A DNA stretch of 64,000 nt from positions 2,676,144 through 2,740,143 of the forward strand of contig CAWKOR010000001.1 in assembly GCA_963851325.1 (NCBI GenBank). The letters are read 5' to 3'. Origin of the DNA: an uncultured delta proteobacterium (GTDB taxonomy: Bacteria > Desulfobacterota > Binatia > Binatales > Binataceae). Of this stretch, positions 22,854-32,134 are shown in pieces (within the stretch, counting starts at the first letter, position 1; each line of letters begins with the position of its first letter). The notes beneath the pieces are model-generated. The model did not search any database. It saw only the letters and a list, made by a program, of their open reading frames with translations, and was not told the origin of the DNA. The position numbers were made by a program, and so were the translations under genes.

Positions 22854-24020
22854 CTAGAGGCCCGCCTTCTCAGCGATCTCATCGAGCAACCTGGAGGCAT
22901 CGAAGTACTCAGCGGCGATTTCACGCGCAGCCTTCGCATGCCGTGGGTAGTCGGAATTGATTGTGCGGATCGCGTCGACTGCGCCATCGGCATCATCGAA
23001 ACCGAGCAGGCCCGTTCCACTCGGAATATACTTTTCGAAACCGGTGAATTGAGTAATCACCGGGCGGCCGGCCGCGAGATAGCATACCGTGCGATCGCTA
23101 AACCATCCCGAGCGAGTACGCACATACAAATCTTTCGATACGGTAAACTCTCCGCGCGAGGAGGATATGTAGTCGCGGTACTCGTCGATGTCCAAAGACA
23201 TAGGCACGACGGGACGAAATGTGAATCCTCCCGCGACCGCGCGATCGTAGTCGGAACCTGAGTTGATATCCGTGGCTATTTCGATCGGCTGATCAGCGCG
23301 CTGTGCAACTTCGAGCACTTTTTCGAAATTCACATGCTTGGACCAATAGTAAGTCGTACCGCCGATCTCGATGTCGTTGCCCTTGTTGCGCCAGGTTCCG
23401 ACGGTGGTAAATGCACGCGGATGCGCCGGACCGATGCCCGGCTGCCATTCGTCGAGCACCACCGGAGGGCGGGTGGGCTGCCAATTCACCCCTGCCGCCG
23501 GGACGCGGCAATCGGGCTTTCCGATGTTGTAGGCGTAAGTGAAAAACAGCTTGTGCGCCGATACGTTCAGCGTCGCGATCGGATCTCCGCGTTCGATCTG
23601 GATCTCGAATACGCCGGGATCGGTTTCCAGATAAATCATCATCGGACTGGCGAGGTGTTCTTCGCGCGGTTCGCTCGCGCCGCACAAATTGATCACCGCG
23701 TCAGACTCGCGGATCAACCTCAGACATTTGTCCTTCGCCATTCCGTGATAATTCTGGGTGATTGGGTCGCGAAAGCCCCACCGACCCGCGAAACCAAAGC
23801 GGTCCAGCACGCCGCCGACAAGTTTGAGGTTGTTGGCTGGATTGGGTGTCGGGGTTTGCGCGATTGCGTCGTAAACATACGCGCCGTGGTCCTCGATGTA
23901 GTACACGTCGAGGCCGAGGGCGCGCAGCCCGAGCAAATGGTGAAGCAACTGCCAGACGACGCCCGCGAACGGGAATCGCATCGCCAAGTGGAGAACAACA
24001 ATCCTGCCTTTGCGTTTCAC
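22854..24020 (-). CDS. putative glycosyltransferase (GT-B fold, GT4-like C-terminal half)
   Basis: C-terminal region YLAAGRPVITQFTGFEKYI...GLLGFDDADGAVDAI resembles the GT-B donor-binding half. Family uncertain. Confidence 0.5.
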   Translation of the reverse strand: MKRKGRIVVLHLAMRFPFAGVVWQLLHHLLGLRALGLDVYYIEDHGAYVYDAIAQTPTPNPANNLKLVGGVLDRFGFAGRWGFRDPITQNYHGMAKDKCLRLIRESDAVINLCGASEPREEHLASPMMIYLETDPGVFEIQIERGDPIATLNVSAHKLFFTYAYNIGKPDCRVPAAGVNWQPTRPPVVLDEWQPGIGPAHPRAFTTVGTWRNKGNDIEIGGTTYYWSKHVNFEKVLEVAQRADQPIEIATDINSGSDYDRAVAGGFTFRPVVPMSLDIDEYRDYISSSRGEFTVSKDLYVRTRSGWFSDRTVCYLAAGRPVITQFTGFEKYIPSGTGLLGFDDADGAVDAIRTINSDYPRHAKAAREIAAEYFDASRLLDEIAEKAGL

Positions 24021-24066
24021 CTCGGTCCAGCTTGCGATTCTAGTCGCGCGACGCGGGTTAGGATAG

Positions 24067-24711
24067 TCAGTCTGATACTAAGTCATCGCTTTGTGAAGCA
24101 ATGATTTGGAGGTCGTCGCGGAGTCTCAAGAGCGCCTTTTTGCGCTGACTCAATCGCGCTTCCTCATCCTCGCCGAGTTCGCCGAGATAGCATGACAACT
24201 CGGGAAGCCACAGCACCGCACGATAAGGGAAGCCCGGGCGGACTTCAGGGTAGACGCGCGGCGCGATCAAGCCTTCGATCGAATCCTCGGCGACGACCTC
24301 TCGTACACCGCTCTTATCTTTATAGATGAGAGCAACTGCTGCGCGGATTCGCGCGGTGCGGCGCGGCTTCTCGATGCTCTCCATGCGCCGAATGACTTCC
24401 TCGGCGAGCGCGCGATCAGTACTCGCCTCGCTGCCGAGCCATCGATGCGACCGGACTCCCGGCGCGCCGCCCAACGCATCGACCTCGAGCCCGCCGTCAT
24501 CGGCCAGCGTCGCGAGGCCACTCCGCTCGAAGTAGAAGCGTCCTTTTGCAAGCGCGTTGCCGTGGAAAGTCTCGGCGGTTTCCTCTGGGACCTCGCGGAT
24601 CCCAGCCTCGGCGAGCGACACCGTTTCGAGGTTGATCTCCATCTGGCGCAACAAAATCCGGTACTCCGCCAGCTTGGCAGGATTGGTGGTGGCGATGAGG
24701 ATGCGGTTCAC
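24067..24711 (-). CDS. rdgB: non-canonical purine NTP pyrophosphatase (dITP/XTP pyrophosphatase, HAM1/RdgB family)
   Basis: ILIATTNPAKLAEY... and overall Maf/Ham1 signature. Confidence 0.85.
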   Translation of the reverse strand: MNRILIATTNPAKLAEYRILLRQMEINLETVSLAEAGIREVPEETAETFHGNALAKGRFYFERSGLATLADDGGLEVDALGGAPGVRSHRWLGSEASTDRALAEEVIRRMESIEKPRRTARIRAAVALIYKDKSGVREVVAEDSIEGLIAPRVYPEVRPGFPYRAVLWLPELSCYLGELGEDEEARLSQRKKALLRLRDDLQIIASQSDDLVSD

Positions 24712-24719
24712 GAAGTCTT

Positions 24720-25880
24720 CTAAGACGTGCGTTTGGGATGGAAACTGAACTTCAACGCGGCGCGTTCACGATGGTCTTCGAGCGCGAGTTCGATCAGTCG
24801 ATCGATCAGTTTCGGAAGCGGAAGGCCCGAGGCCTCCCACAGCTTGGGATACATGCTGATAGAAGTGAAGCCGGGAATGGTGTTCACCTCATTGACGAAA
24901 ATTTTTCTGAGGTCGCGCCGCCCAAGGAAATCCACCCGCGCCATCCCGCGCAGCGAGAGCGCCTTGAAAGCCTCCACCGCCATCTTGCGAATCGTATTGA
25001 GCACCGCCTTCGGAAGCTTGGCGGGAATCCGGGTCTCCGAGCCCTTCTCGTCGACGTATTTGGATTCGTAACTGTAGAACTCGTGACCATGCGTGACGAT
25101 GACCTCGCCAACCGTCGAAGCCTCGGGACGATCGTTGCCGAGCACCGCGCATTCGAATTCTCGTCCCTCGCATGATTCTTCGATGAGCGCCTTGCGATCG
25201 TACTGGAACGCGTCGTGAAGCGCCGCATCGAGGTCGCCGGGGCGCTTAACCTTGCTGATGCCGATCGAAGAACCCAGCGCATTGGGCTTCACGAAGACCG
25301 GGTAGCGAAGTTCCCGCGCATATCTCCGGGCTAGCGCCGGATGCTCTTCGTAGTCCGCGCGAATGATCGAATGATACTTCACTACCGGGACTCCGGCGTC
25401 GCGCAGCACGCGCTTTTGGGTGTCTTTGTCCATGCCCACCGCGGAGCCGAGGACGCCTGCGCCTACGTAGGGAACGCCCGCGAGTTCCAGCAACCCTTGC
25501 ACCGTGCCGTCCTCACCGAAGGTGCCGTGCAACACCGGAAACACCACGTCGAGCGGACCGCCGAGGCTTCTCTGGTTGAGGGTGGCGACGGCGTCTGTGG
25601 ATGGAGTCGGGACCAGCGTGCGGCTGTCATTATGCGGCAGCAAGGTGACGGGAGTATCGCCCGCGCTCAATGCGCCCAGGTCCGGGGTGGTTTGGGCGAG
25701 CACCTTGAGCGCATTATTTTCGAGGAACCAGCGACCTTCGTGATCGATGCCGATGGGCACAATGTCGTAGCGCGCAGGATCCATCGCGGACATCACGGTC
25801 AGCGCGGATCGCAGCGATATCTCATGCTCGCCCGAGCGTCCACCGAATAGCACGCCGACCCTGATTTTGTGTTCCATCAT
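24720..25880 (-). CDS. ddl: D-alanine--D-alanine ligase
   Basis: IRVGVLFGGRSGEHEISLRSA N-terminus and ATP-grasp motifs. Confidence 0.9.
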   Translation of the reverse strand: MMEHKIRVGVLFGGRSGEHEISLRSALTVMSAMDPARYDIVPIGIDHEGRWFLENNALKVLAQTTPDLGALSAGDTPVTLLPHNDSRTLVPTPSTDAVATLNQRSLGGPLDVVFPVLHGTFGEDGTVQGLLELAGVPYVGAGVLGSAVGMDKDTQKRVLRDAGVPVVKYHSIIRADYEEHPALARRYARELRYPVFVKPNALGSSIGISKVKRPGDLDAALHDAFQYDRKALIEESCEGREFECAVLGNDRPEASTVGEVIVTHGHEFYSYESKYVDEKGSETRIPAKLPKAVLNTIRKMAVEAFKALSLRGMARVDFLGRRDLRKIFVNEVNTIPGFTSISMYPKLWEASGLPLPKLIDRLIELALEDHRERAALKFSFHPKRTS

Positions 25881-25990
25881 CCGCGCCTCATCCGGCGAAA
25901 CAATTTCGGTTTGATTCTGTCACGAGATCGTGCGGGCTTCGAGGTCATTTCTGAACGCTGTCACCTTAAAAAAGGGCGAAATCCGGGTAG

Positions 25991-26127
25991 GGGTCGTTCG
26001 CGAACGACCCGCAGCGATAGCACGGCCGCGATAACCCTCATTGCTGCCCAACCGACCTGGCAATGATTGGGTGATCGGGAAAGTTTCTGGTTCACCCACC
26101 ATCGCTGCGGGCGGTTCGCGAACCGCC
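25991..26127. repeat. composite palindromic element: GGGTCGTTCGCGAACGACCC-CGCAGCGAT ... ATCGCTGCG-GGCGGTTCGCGAACCGCC (about 28-bp imperfect terminal inverted repeats around an ~75-bp core with an internal 7-bp hairpin)
   Basis: Two near-identical TTCGCGAA-centred perfect palindromes (25991-26010 and 26110-26127), each extended by CGCAGCGAT/ATCGCTGCG so the pair is itself an inverted repeat. Lies between the guaB stop and the ddl start. Confidence 0.7.
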
Positions 26128-26220
26128 TCTCCCGGAAAAACGCCGGGGCATCGGTGCGACGTTAGATAATCTTGTAATCACTTGTCGGCCGCCCAGGCGA
26201 CCACTACAGCGGCGACCTCG

Positions 26221-27678
26221 TCAGCCCCGATAGTTGGGCGACTCCTTGGTGATGAAGACATCATGCACGTGGCTCTCGCGCTGGCCCGCCTCACTCACCC
26301 GGATGAACTTCGCGCGCCGCACCAACTCGCCAAGGCTATGCGCCCCGACATAACCCATCCCGGCCTGCAAACCGCCGATAAGCTGATCGACATTCGAGGC
26401 CAGCGTGCCGCGATAGGGGACCCGGCCCTCGACGCCCTCGGGCACAATCTTGCCGTCGCTAACGTCCTGCTGCATGTAGCGATCGCGCACGCGCTCGCTC
26501 ATCGCGCCGATCGAGCCCATGCCGCGATACTCCTTGTAGGTGCGACCCTGGTACAGCACTGTCTCGCCGGGGCTTTCCTCGGTTCCCGCGAACAGCGAGC
26601 CGATCATCACGGTGGATGCTCCGGCGGCCAGCGCCTTGACGATGTCGCCGGAGAAACGCACGCCGCCGTCGGCAATGATCGGGACCTTGCGAGGCTCACC
26701 GATCGCGACGCAATCCATGATCGCGGTCATTTGCGGCACGCCGACGCCGGAAACCACGCGCGTGGTGCAGATCGAGCCCGGTCCGATGCCGACTCGCAGC
26801 GCGTCGGCGCCCGCATCGATCAGAGCCTTGGCGCCATCGCTGGTCGCGACGTTGCCCGCGATGACTTCGATATCGCCGGCCTCGCGTTTGGTCGAACGCA
26901 GTGCGTCGATGACATTTTGCGAATGCCCATGAGCGGTATCGATGAGGAGCACATCGACGCCGGCCTTCAGCAAAGTCGCGACCCGCTGCTCGCGATCCGG
27001 CCCGACGCCGACCGCGGCGCCGACCCGTAAACGCCCCAGCGAGTCCTTGCTGGAATTCGGATGGCGGGTGGCCTTGTCCATGTCCTTTACCGTGATGAGG
27101 CCGCGCAGACGCCCGTGTTCGTCGGTGAGCGGAAGCTTCTCGATGCGATTTGCCTGCAGGATGGATTTTGCTTCTTCGAGGCTGATGCCGGGCCGGGCGG
27201 TAATCAGGCGCGTGGTCATGACTTCGCGCACCTGGCGATCGAGGCGCTTTTCGAATCGTAGATCGCGATTGGTCAGGATCCCGACCAGGCGGTGGCCCTC
27301 GACGACCACCGGAACCCCGGAGATCCGGTAGCGCTCCATGATCTGTAGCGCCTCGCCGATCTTCTGATCAGGATGCACCGTGACCGGATCGGTGATCATC
27401 CCGCTTTCGTATTTTTTGACGGTTTCGACTTCGGCGGCTTGTTGCTCGACGGTGAGATTGCGATGCACGATACCGATACCGCCGACCTGCGCCAGCGTGA
27501 TCGCGGTGCGCGATTCGGTGACGGTATCCATCGGGCTTGAGACCAGCGGAATGTGCAGCCGGATTTTCGGCGTGAGCAGGGTTGAGACGTCGCATTGCGA
27601 AGGGAGCACGTCGGAGGCCTGCGGCAGCAACAGCAGATCATCGTACGTGAGACCCTCGCGAAGCTCCTGATGCAGCAT
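26221..27678 (-). CDS. guaB: IMP dehydrogenase
   Basis: 485-aa ORF with a CBS pair and catalytic loop [22 protein letters not shown]. Confidence 0.95.
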   Translation of the reverse strand: MLHQELREGLTYDDLLLLPQASDVLPSQCDVSTLLTPKIRLHIPLVSSPMDTVTESRTAITLAQVGGIGIVHRNLTVEQQAAEVETVKKYESGMITDPVTVHPDQKIGEALQIMERYRISGVPVVVEGHRLVGILTNRDLRFEKRLDRQVREVMTTRLITARPGISLEEAKSILQANRIEKLPLTDEHGRLRGLITVKDMDKATRHPNSSKDSLGRLRVGAAVGVGPDREQRVATLLKAGVDVLLIDTAHGHSQNVIDALRSTKREAGDIEVIAGNVATSDGAKALIDAGADALRVGIGPGSICTTRVVSGVGVPQMTAIMDCVAIGEPRKVPIIADGGVRFSGDIVKALAAGASTVMIGSLFAGTEESPGETVLYQGRTYKEYRGMGSIGAMSERVRDRYMQQDVSDGKIVPEGVEGRVPYRGTLASNVDQLIGGLQAGMGYVGAHSLGELVRRAKFIRVSEAGQRESHVHDVFITKESPNYRG

Positions 27679-27696
27679 AAATCTCCCTCCGTTGGT

Positions 27697-27733
27697 AAAA
27701 AAAAGCCCGCAGAAATTCCTGCGGGCCTTTTGA
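27697..27733 (-). terminator. rho-independent terminator-like hairpin (GCCCGCAG-aaattc-CTGCGGGC) with U8 on the minus strand, 6 nt upstream of the guaB RBS
   Basis: 8-bp GC stem followed by TTTTTTTT on the minus strand and an A-run on the other side. Also a weaker + strand terminator (TTTT). Confidence 0.7.
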
Positions 27734-27846
27734 GCCTATAAAAAAATCGCGGCCTTGTTATGGGCTCGCGCCATAATCGTTGATATCAGAGTTACGAGGC
27801 TGGATCAATTCGTCATCCTCGGAACGCGAAGATTTGAACTTCGCGG

Positions 27847-28206
27847 CTAGGGAACTTGTTTCGGCTGGGGAGTCGAATCCGGATAGGTGGGCACCGGCGG
27901 CATGTTCTCCAGCGCTGCCTCGCGCTTGACCTCCTCGTACAGCAGAACCACCCCCGCCATACCCGCGGCGCCAATCAGAATCGAGGCCGGGTAGGATTGG
28001 TTCGCGGAAGCTGCGAACACCAATCCCGAACCCGCGCCAATCACCCCGGCAACCGCAGCCGCCGCGAGTTCCTGCTGGACCGTCATTGGTTGAGTCGAGC
28101 ATCCGAGGAACAGCAGCGCGGCGAACGAGGCTGCAAATCGGTAGGAGCGACACCTTGTTCGGCCAAACGGCGCGCGCTGATCGAAGCAGGAAATTCTCAT
28201 AGCCAT
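27847..28206 (-). CDS. small lipoprotein with glycine-zipper-like TM segment
   Basis: Lipobox LFLGCST, and a Gly/Ala-rich hydrophobic segment (AAVAGVIGAGSGLVFAA...IGAAGMAGVVLL). Confidence 0.5.
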   Translation of the reverse strand: MAMRISCFDQRAPFGRTRCRSYRFAASFAALLFLGCSTQPMTVQQELAAAAVAGVIGAGSGLVFAASANQSYPASILIGAAGMAGVVLLYEEVKREAALENMPPVPTYPDSTPQPKQVP

Positions 28207-28268
28207 CCGTTCTAGATCATTCGCTCACCCGAAAGCGAGAATCGCAGCGGCGCGCACCGCATAGCTCT

Positions 28269-29048
28269 CTACTTGCCGCACCAGACCGGCTTGCGTTTTT
28301 CCAGAAACGCGCCGATGCCTTCCTGCGCGTCGGCAGCCATCGCGTTCTGACTCATCACTTCCCTCGTGTGTTCGTAAGCCTTGGCTTGGTCCAGATCGAT
28401 TTGCTTGTAGAAGGCCTGCTTTCCGATGGCGATGGTCAGCGAACTCGCGTCCGCAATGAGCATCGCGAATTTGCGCGTTTCGGCTACCAGCTCCGCATCG
28501 GCGACAACTCGATTGACCAAGCCCCACTCGGCTGCGGTTCGCGCGTCGATGGGCTGTCCGGAGAGCAGCATCTCCATCGCACGTTTGCGGCCGACCGCGC
28601 GCGACAATGCGACCATCGGCGTCGAGCAGAAGAGTCCGATCTTCACCCCGGGAGTCGCGAACCTCGCATTCTCGCCGGCCAGCGCGAGGTCGCAGGTGGC
28701 AACCAACTGGCAACCCGCGGCAGTGGCGATGCCGTGGACCCTGGCAATCACGGGCTGCGGGATACTCTGCACGGTTTGCATCAAGCGGGAGCATAAATCG
28801 AATTCATAGCGATAGAACTCGAGGTCGCGATGGCGCATCTCACTGAGGTCGTGGCCCGCGCTGAATGCGACTCCCGCGCCGGCCAGGATGACGGCTCGGA
28901 TCTCACGCCGCTGCCCCAACTTTTCGAACGTCCCGATCAGCGCAGACATCATCGCGGTCGAAAGCGGATTGCGCTTCTCACCGCGATTCATGGTGACCGT
29001 GGCGAGACCCTCTTCCTCTTCGAGGAGCACATATGGTTGTTCGGGCAT
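28269..29048 (-). CDS. enoyl-CoA hydratase/isomerase family protein
   Basis: Crotonase fold motifs (AGAGVAFSAGHDLSE, oxyanion hole). Start at the internal ATG (MPEQPY), 6 nt after AGGAGG. Confidence 0.85.
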   Translation of the reverse strand: MPEQPYVLLEEEEGLATVTMNRGEKRNPLSTAMMSALIGTFEKLGQRREIRAVILAGAGVAFSAGHDLSEMRHRDLEFYRYEFDLCSRLMQTVQSIPQPVIARVHGIATAAGCQLVATCDLALAGENARFATPGVKIGLFCSTPMVALSRAVGRKRAMEMLLSGQPIDARTAAEWGLVNRVVADAELVAETRKFAMLIADASSLTIAIGKQAFYKQIDLDQAKAYEHTREVMSQNAMAADAQEGIGAFLEKRKPVWCGK

Positions 29049-29081
29049 GACTGCCTCCTGCGGCATACGGAAATTGATCTG

Positions 29082-29903
29082 CTACTCTTCGCGCTTCCAT
29101 TCCTCGGGATAGAGCAGCAGCAGATCGCGCCCCAGCGCCTTAACGAGGAAGCGCTGGATCTCGTTGATGCTGCGTTCCAAAGCGCGGCCACCGATAAGCC
29201 AATGACCGCGGCTGCCGACCTTGACGATTGGCGCATTTATACGATGCGCCAACTGCGCAGTTTTTTCATATGGCGCGAAGATGTCCGACTCGCCCGCCAC
29301 GATGAGGCGGGGCGAGGCTTCCTTCGAAGCGGCAAGCGCGATGTCGCCGCTGGCCACTTCCAGTGCGGCAGCGGTTGCTCCCGGAGTGAGCGTTTTGATG
29401 ATCTGCGCGCGCGAGTGCACATCAGCGTCGCCGACGAATTCGAAAAGCGTCCGGCCGGCTGGCGGATTGAGGGGACGTCCCTGCCAAATCGCGAGACGAT
29501 TCCACCCGCGCATAAACGGCGGGGTGCGAAAACCGGGCACCAGCGGCGCCATCGCAACTGCCGCCTTCACTCCCGGACGTTCTGCGAGCTTCAGCGCCGC
29601 GAGGCCACCGATTCCGTGACCGACCACGATCGCTTCGCGTCCGAGCGCGGCGAGCGCCTCGGCGGCGAGATCCACCATCATTTCGAAATTGACTTTTTCC
29701 AGCGGCGGAGTTTCGCCGTGTCCGATGACGACGTGCAAATCGGGCGCGTAGACTTCCCATCCGATGGTCGCGAAATATCCCACCAGCATCGCGAGATGCC
29801 GCGAGGTCGTGAACAGCTCCGGCAGCACTACAATCGGCCACGCAAACTTCAGCGGCTCCGGAATCTCCGCCTGGCTGGGGAAGCGACCGAGGTTGGTTTC
29901 CAC
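29082..29903 (-). CDS. alpha/beta hydrolase
   Basis: GHGIGG nucleophile elbow. GTG start without a clear RBS, so the start is uncertain. Confidence 0.7.
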   Translation of the reverse strand: METNLGRFPSQAEIPEPLKFAWPIVVLPELFTTSRHLAMLVGYFATIGWEVYAPDLHVVIGHGETPPLEKVNFEMMVDLAAEALAALGREAIVVGHGIGGLAALKLAERPGVKAAVAMAPLVPGFRTPPFMRGWNRLAIWQGRPLNPPAGRTLFEFVGDADVHSRAQIIKTLTPGATAAALEVASGDIALAASKEASPRLIVAGESDIFAPYEKTAQLAHRINAPIVKVGSRGHWLIGGRALERSINEIQRFLVKALGRDLLLLYPEEWKREE

Positions 29904-29906
29904 TTT

Positions 29907-31172
29907 TCAGGCGGCGGCGCGGCTGCGTGCCATCAGGCGTGCGAAACGAAACGATGGAAATGGAATTTCGCCATTGGCCATCTGTGCGAAACGCACCATC
30001 TCTTCGGCCGCCCAGCCCTCGCGATTGGCCGCCAGATGAGCGCGCAGCGAGCTGCGATCGAGCCCCAGATGCTGCGAGACTTTCAGGCTCGCTTTATAAT
30101 ATGGCATCAGCGCGGCGTCGCGCCGCGAAGTGAATTCATTCATGGCGTAGCGACTAACGAATTCTCCTCGCGATGCCTCGAACCACGAGGGCGCGAGTTC
30201 GCCGAATATTTCCGCGCCGAGCAGCGCGAACGAATGTCCCTGGCCGAACAGCGGATCGACATGCAGGCCGGCATCGCCGAGCAGGATAGCGCCGTCGCAC
30301 AGTGGGTCACGCCAGGTATTCAGCAAAAGGCCCGACGAACGAATTTTTCCGACCATCCGCGCGCCTCTGAGAATTTCGCCCAGAACCGACGAATCGCCTA
30401 TGTAGCTCATGAAGTTGGATGAAAGATCGGTGCGGAAGTCGCGCATTTCGCGAGCATCGAATGCGACTCCCACCACCACCAGGTCGCCGTTGCATCGGCA
30501 GGCGAGGCTCGCGGTCCCGGGGCTGGTTTCGAATTCAGTGATCAGCGCGCCATCAAGTTTGGCTCGCGGCACTCCTTCGAAGTATGCGTAATAGTAAGCG
30601 CGCGCGCAGGGCACGTCCTTACGTTCGAACGCGCCGATTTTTTCCGCCGCGAGTCTTGCGAAGGTGCTGCGAAGGCCATCCGCGGCAATCACCAGCGGCG
30701 CCTCGAAAACGTGCGTGCCGGAGGAATCCTCGCCGCGAATTCCCGCGATGACGCCATCGTTGACCACGATATCCGTGACGCGGAATTGCTCGCGCATCGC
30801 GACGCATTCGATGCTTCGTGCGGCGTCGGCCATCGCGGAGTCCATTTTGTCGCGGGTCAGGCACAATCCTCGGAGGTCTTTGGAATTCTCGAGTTGCGCC
30901 GAGTAGTCGAATCCGGGACCGACCGTGCGCATCGAGCAGAAGCGTACGCCGCCCAAGCGCTCCAGCGTTTCGAGCATGCCGAGCCGATCCAGCACTTGAG
31001 TCCCGCCCGCGAGCACAATGTGGGTTGAGATAGTGTCGGAAGGAAAGGCGCTTTTGTCGACGAGCAAAACCTTAAGGTGCTTGCGTCCCAGCATGATCGC
31101 GGCGGCGGAGCCGGCGACACGGGCGCCCACGATGATCGCATCGAAGTTCTGTGCGGCGGAAGACACGCACAA
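29907..31172 (-). CDS. FAD-dependent oxidoreductase (geranylgeranyl reductase / flavin monooxygenase-like)
   Basis: N-terminal Rossmann-like FDAIIVGARVAGSAAAIML and a DG...ALLGDAG FAD-binding core. The track ORF extends to 31265, but that extension reads through a terminator hairpin. The start is probably TTG/GTG near 31166-31172. Confidence 0.7.
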   Translation of the reverse strand: MCVSSAAQNFDAIIVGARVAGSAAAIMLGRKHLKVLLVDKSAFPSDTISTHIVLAGGTQVLDRLGMLETLERLGGVRFCSMRTVGPGFDYSAQLENSKDLRGLCLTRDKMDSAMADAARSIECVAMREQFRVTDIVVNDGVIAGIRGEDSSGTHVFEAPLVIAADGLRSTFARLAAEKIGAFERKDVPCARAYYYAYFEGVPRAKLDGALITEFETSPGTASLACRCNGDLVVVGVAFDAREMRDFRTDLSSNFMSYIGDSSVLGEILRGARMVGKIRSSGLLLNTWRDPLCDGAILLGDAGLHVDPLFGQGHSFALLGAEIFGELAPSWFEASRGEFVSRYAMNEFTSRRDAALMPYYKASLKVSQHLGLDRSSLRAHLAANREGWAAEEMVRFAQMANGEIPFPSFRFARLMARSRAAA

Positions 31173-31211
31173 ATAGTGCGGCGCTGAATGGTCGTGCGCA
31201 AGGCGTGCGCG

Positions 31212-31252
31212 GCAAAAGAAAGAGCCCCCTTTTTCAAGGGGGCTCTCCCCGT
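31212..31252 (-). terminator. rho-independent terminator on minus strand (AGAGCCCCC-ttgaaaaa-GGGGGCTCT followed by TTCTTTTG)
   Basis: 9-bp GC-rich stem plus a T-rich tract when read on the minus strand, downstream of the small lysine-rich ORF. Confidence 0.7.
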
Positions 31253-31349
31253 TTTGCGAGGCCATCGAAAGCCTCGGCTTAATCCAGCAGCAGTTCCGGC
31301 ATCTGGCCAGCCTCCGGAACGATCATTCCGGAGGGAAACTTGTCAAAAG

Positions 31350-31451
31350 TTACTTCTTCTTCTTTTTGGGGGCTTTCTTTTTCATAGCACTCTTTAACTT
31401 TGGTTTGGATTTGGTCGCCCTTTTTGGGGCCTTCTTTCTCGAAACTGGCAT
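31350..31451 (-). CDS. hypothetical 33-aa lysine-rich basic peptide (MPVSRKKAPKRATKSKPKLKSAMKKKAPKKKKK)
   Basis: ATG 5 nt downstream of GAGGAGG. TAA stop, followed about 100 nt later by a strong intrinsic terminator. Lies in an unusually AT-rich intergenic segment. Below the ORF-track size cutoff. Confidence 0.3.
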   Translation of the reverse strand: MPVSRKKAPKRATKSKPKLKSAMKKKAPKKKKK

Positions 31452-31660
31452 AGACACCTCCTCTCTTTTTGCCGCTGCTGGAGAAGCACCCTTCGTATTA
31501 GATAGCCTTTGCTATCTGTGCTGATGGCAGCCACTATATAAATGCGTTATGCAGAACGCAATAGGTTGCGAGGCCAATATATAAAGAAATTTTAAAGTGG
31601 GAACAAAGCCGGATGTACCGATGCTTTTCATCCCACGGATGCGTTTTATTCATTAGCCCG

Positions 31661-31696
31661 CTTGAATTGACACGGCCCCCTGCTTTACCATTGACG
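31661..31696 (+). promoter_or_regulatory. putative sigma70-like promoter upstream of ftsB-like gene (TTGACA-N17-TACCAT)
   Basis: A TTGACA hexamer followed 17 bp later by TACCAT, immediately 5' of the 31699 ATG. Lies in the AT-rich segment. Confidence 0.3.
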
Positions 31697-31698
31697 CG

Positions 31699-32112
31699 AT
31701 GTTTCGCTTAAGTAACTGGTTCCGGCGCGAGTGGGCCAATCTAATGCTGTCGGCGATCCTCGTGGGGTTGCTCGGCAACGCCTTGCTGGCCGCGATGGGC
31801 CCCCGTGATCTGCTCCTTCTGCGCGATCGACGCGCGCAGTTGGAGGCGCAGCGGACCGAACTGATAGTTCGCAAAGCCGGACTTGAAACGACCGTTCAGA
31901 ACTTACGTTCAAATGATCGCTACCTCGAGCATCGCATCCGCACCGAACTCGGCTACGCGCGTCCGGATGAAATGGTTTACAAATTCACCGCGGACGCATC
32001 GTCGGATCCGCGCCAGAGTCCGCCTGAAACCACTCGTAGCAAAACTCGCCGATCTGTAATTGCAGGCCTGACGCTGGAACTCCTCTCCGAGATCGGAGTC
32101 GTTCACCGATAG
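31699..32112 (+). CDS. ftsB: septum formation initiator family protein (FtsB/DivIC-like)
   Basis: Short cytoplasmic N-terminus, a single TM (LMLSAILVGLLGNALLAAM), then a coiled-coil (RDRRAQLEAQRTELIVRKAGLETTVQNLR). Confidence 0.6.
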   Translation: MFRLSNWFRREWANLMLSAILVGLLGNALLAAMGPRDLLLLRDRRAQLEAQRTELIVRKAGLETTVQNLRSNDRYLEHRIRTELGYARPDEMVYKFTADASSDPRQSPPETTRSKTRRSVIAGLTLELLSEIGVVHR

Positions 32113-32134
32113 CCGCCGCGCGCTCGCTACCTCG

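Noticed and set aside
28830-30422. 530-aa + strand ORF
   Set aside because: Antisense across three well-supported minus-strand genes (crotonase, alpha/beta hydrolase, FAD oxidoreductase).
31173-31265. N-terminal extension of the FAD-dependent oxidoreductase ORF (MASQNGESPLEKGGSFF…)
   Set aside because: This part is the translation of a perfect 9-bp GC stem-loop plus T-tract that functions as the intrinsic terminator of the upstream small gene. The Rossmann motif begins downstream, so the true start is near 31166-31172.
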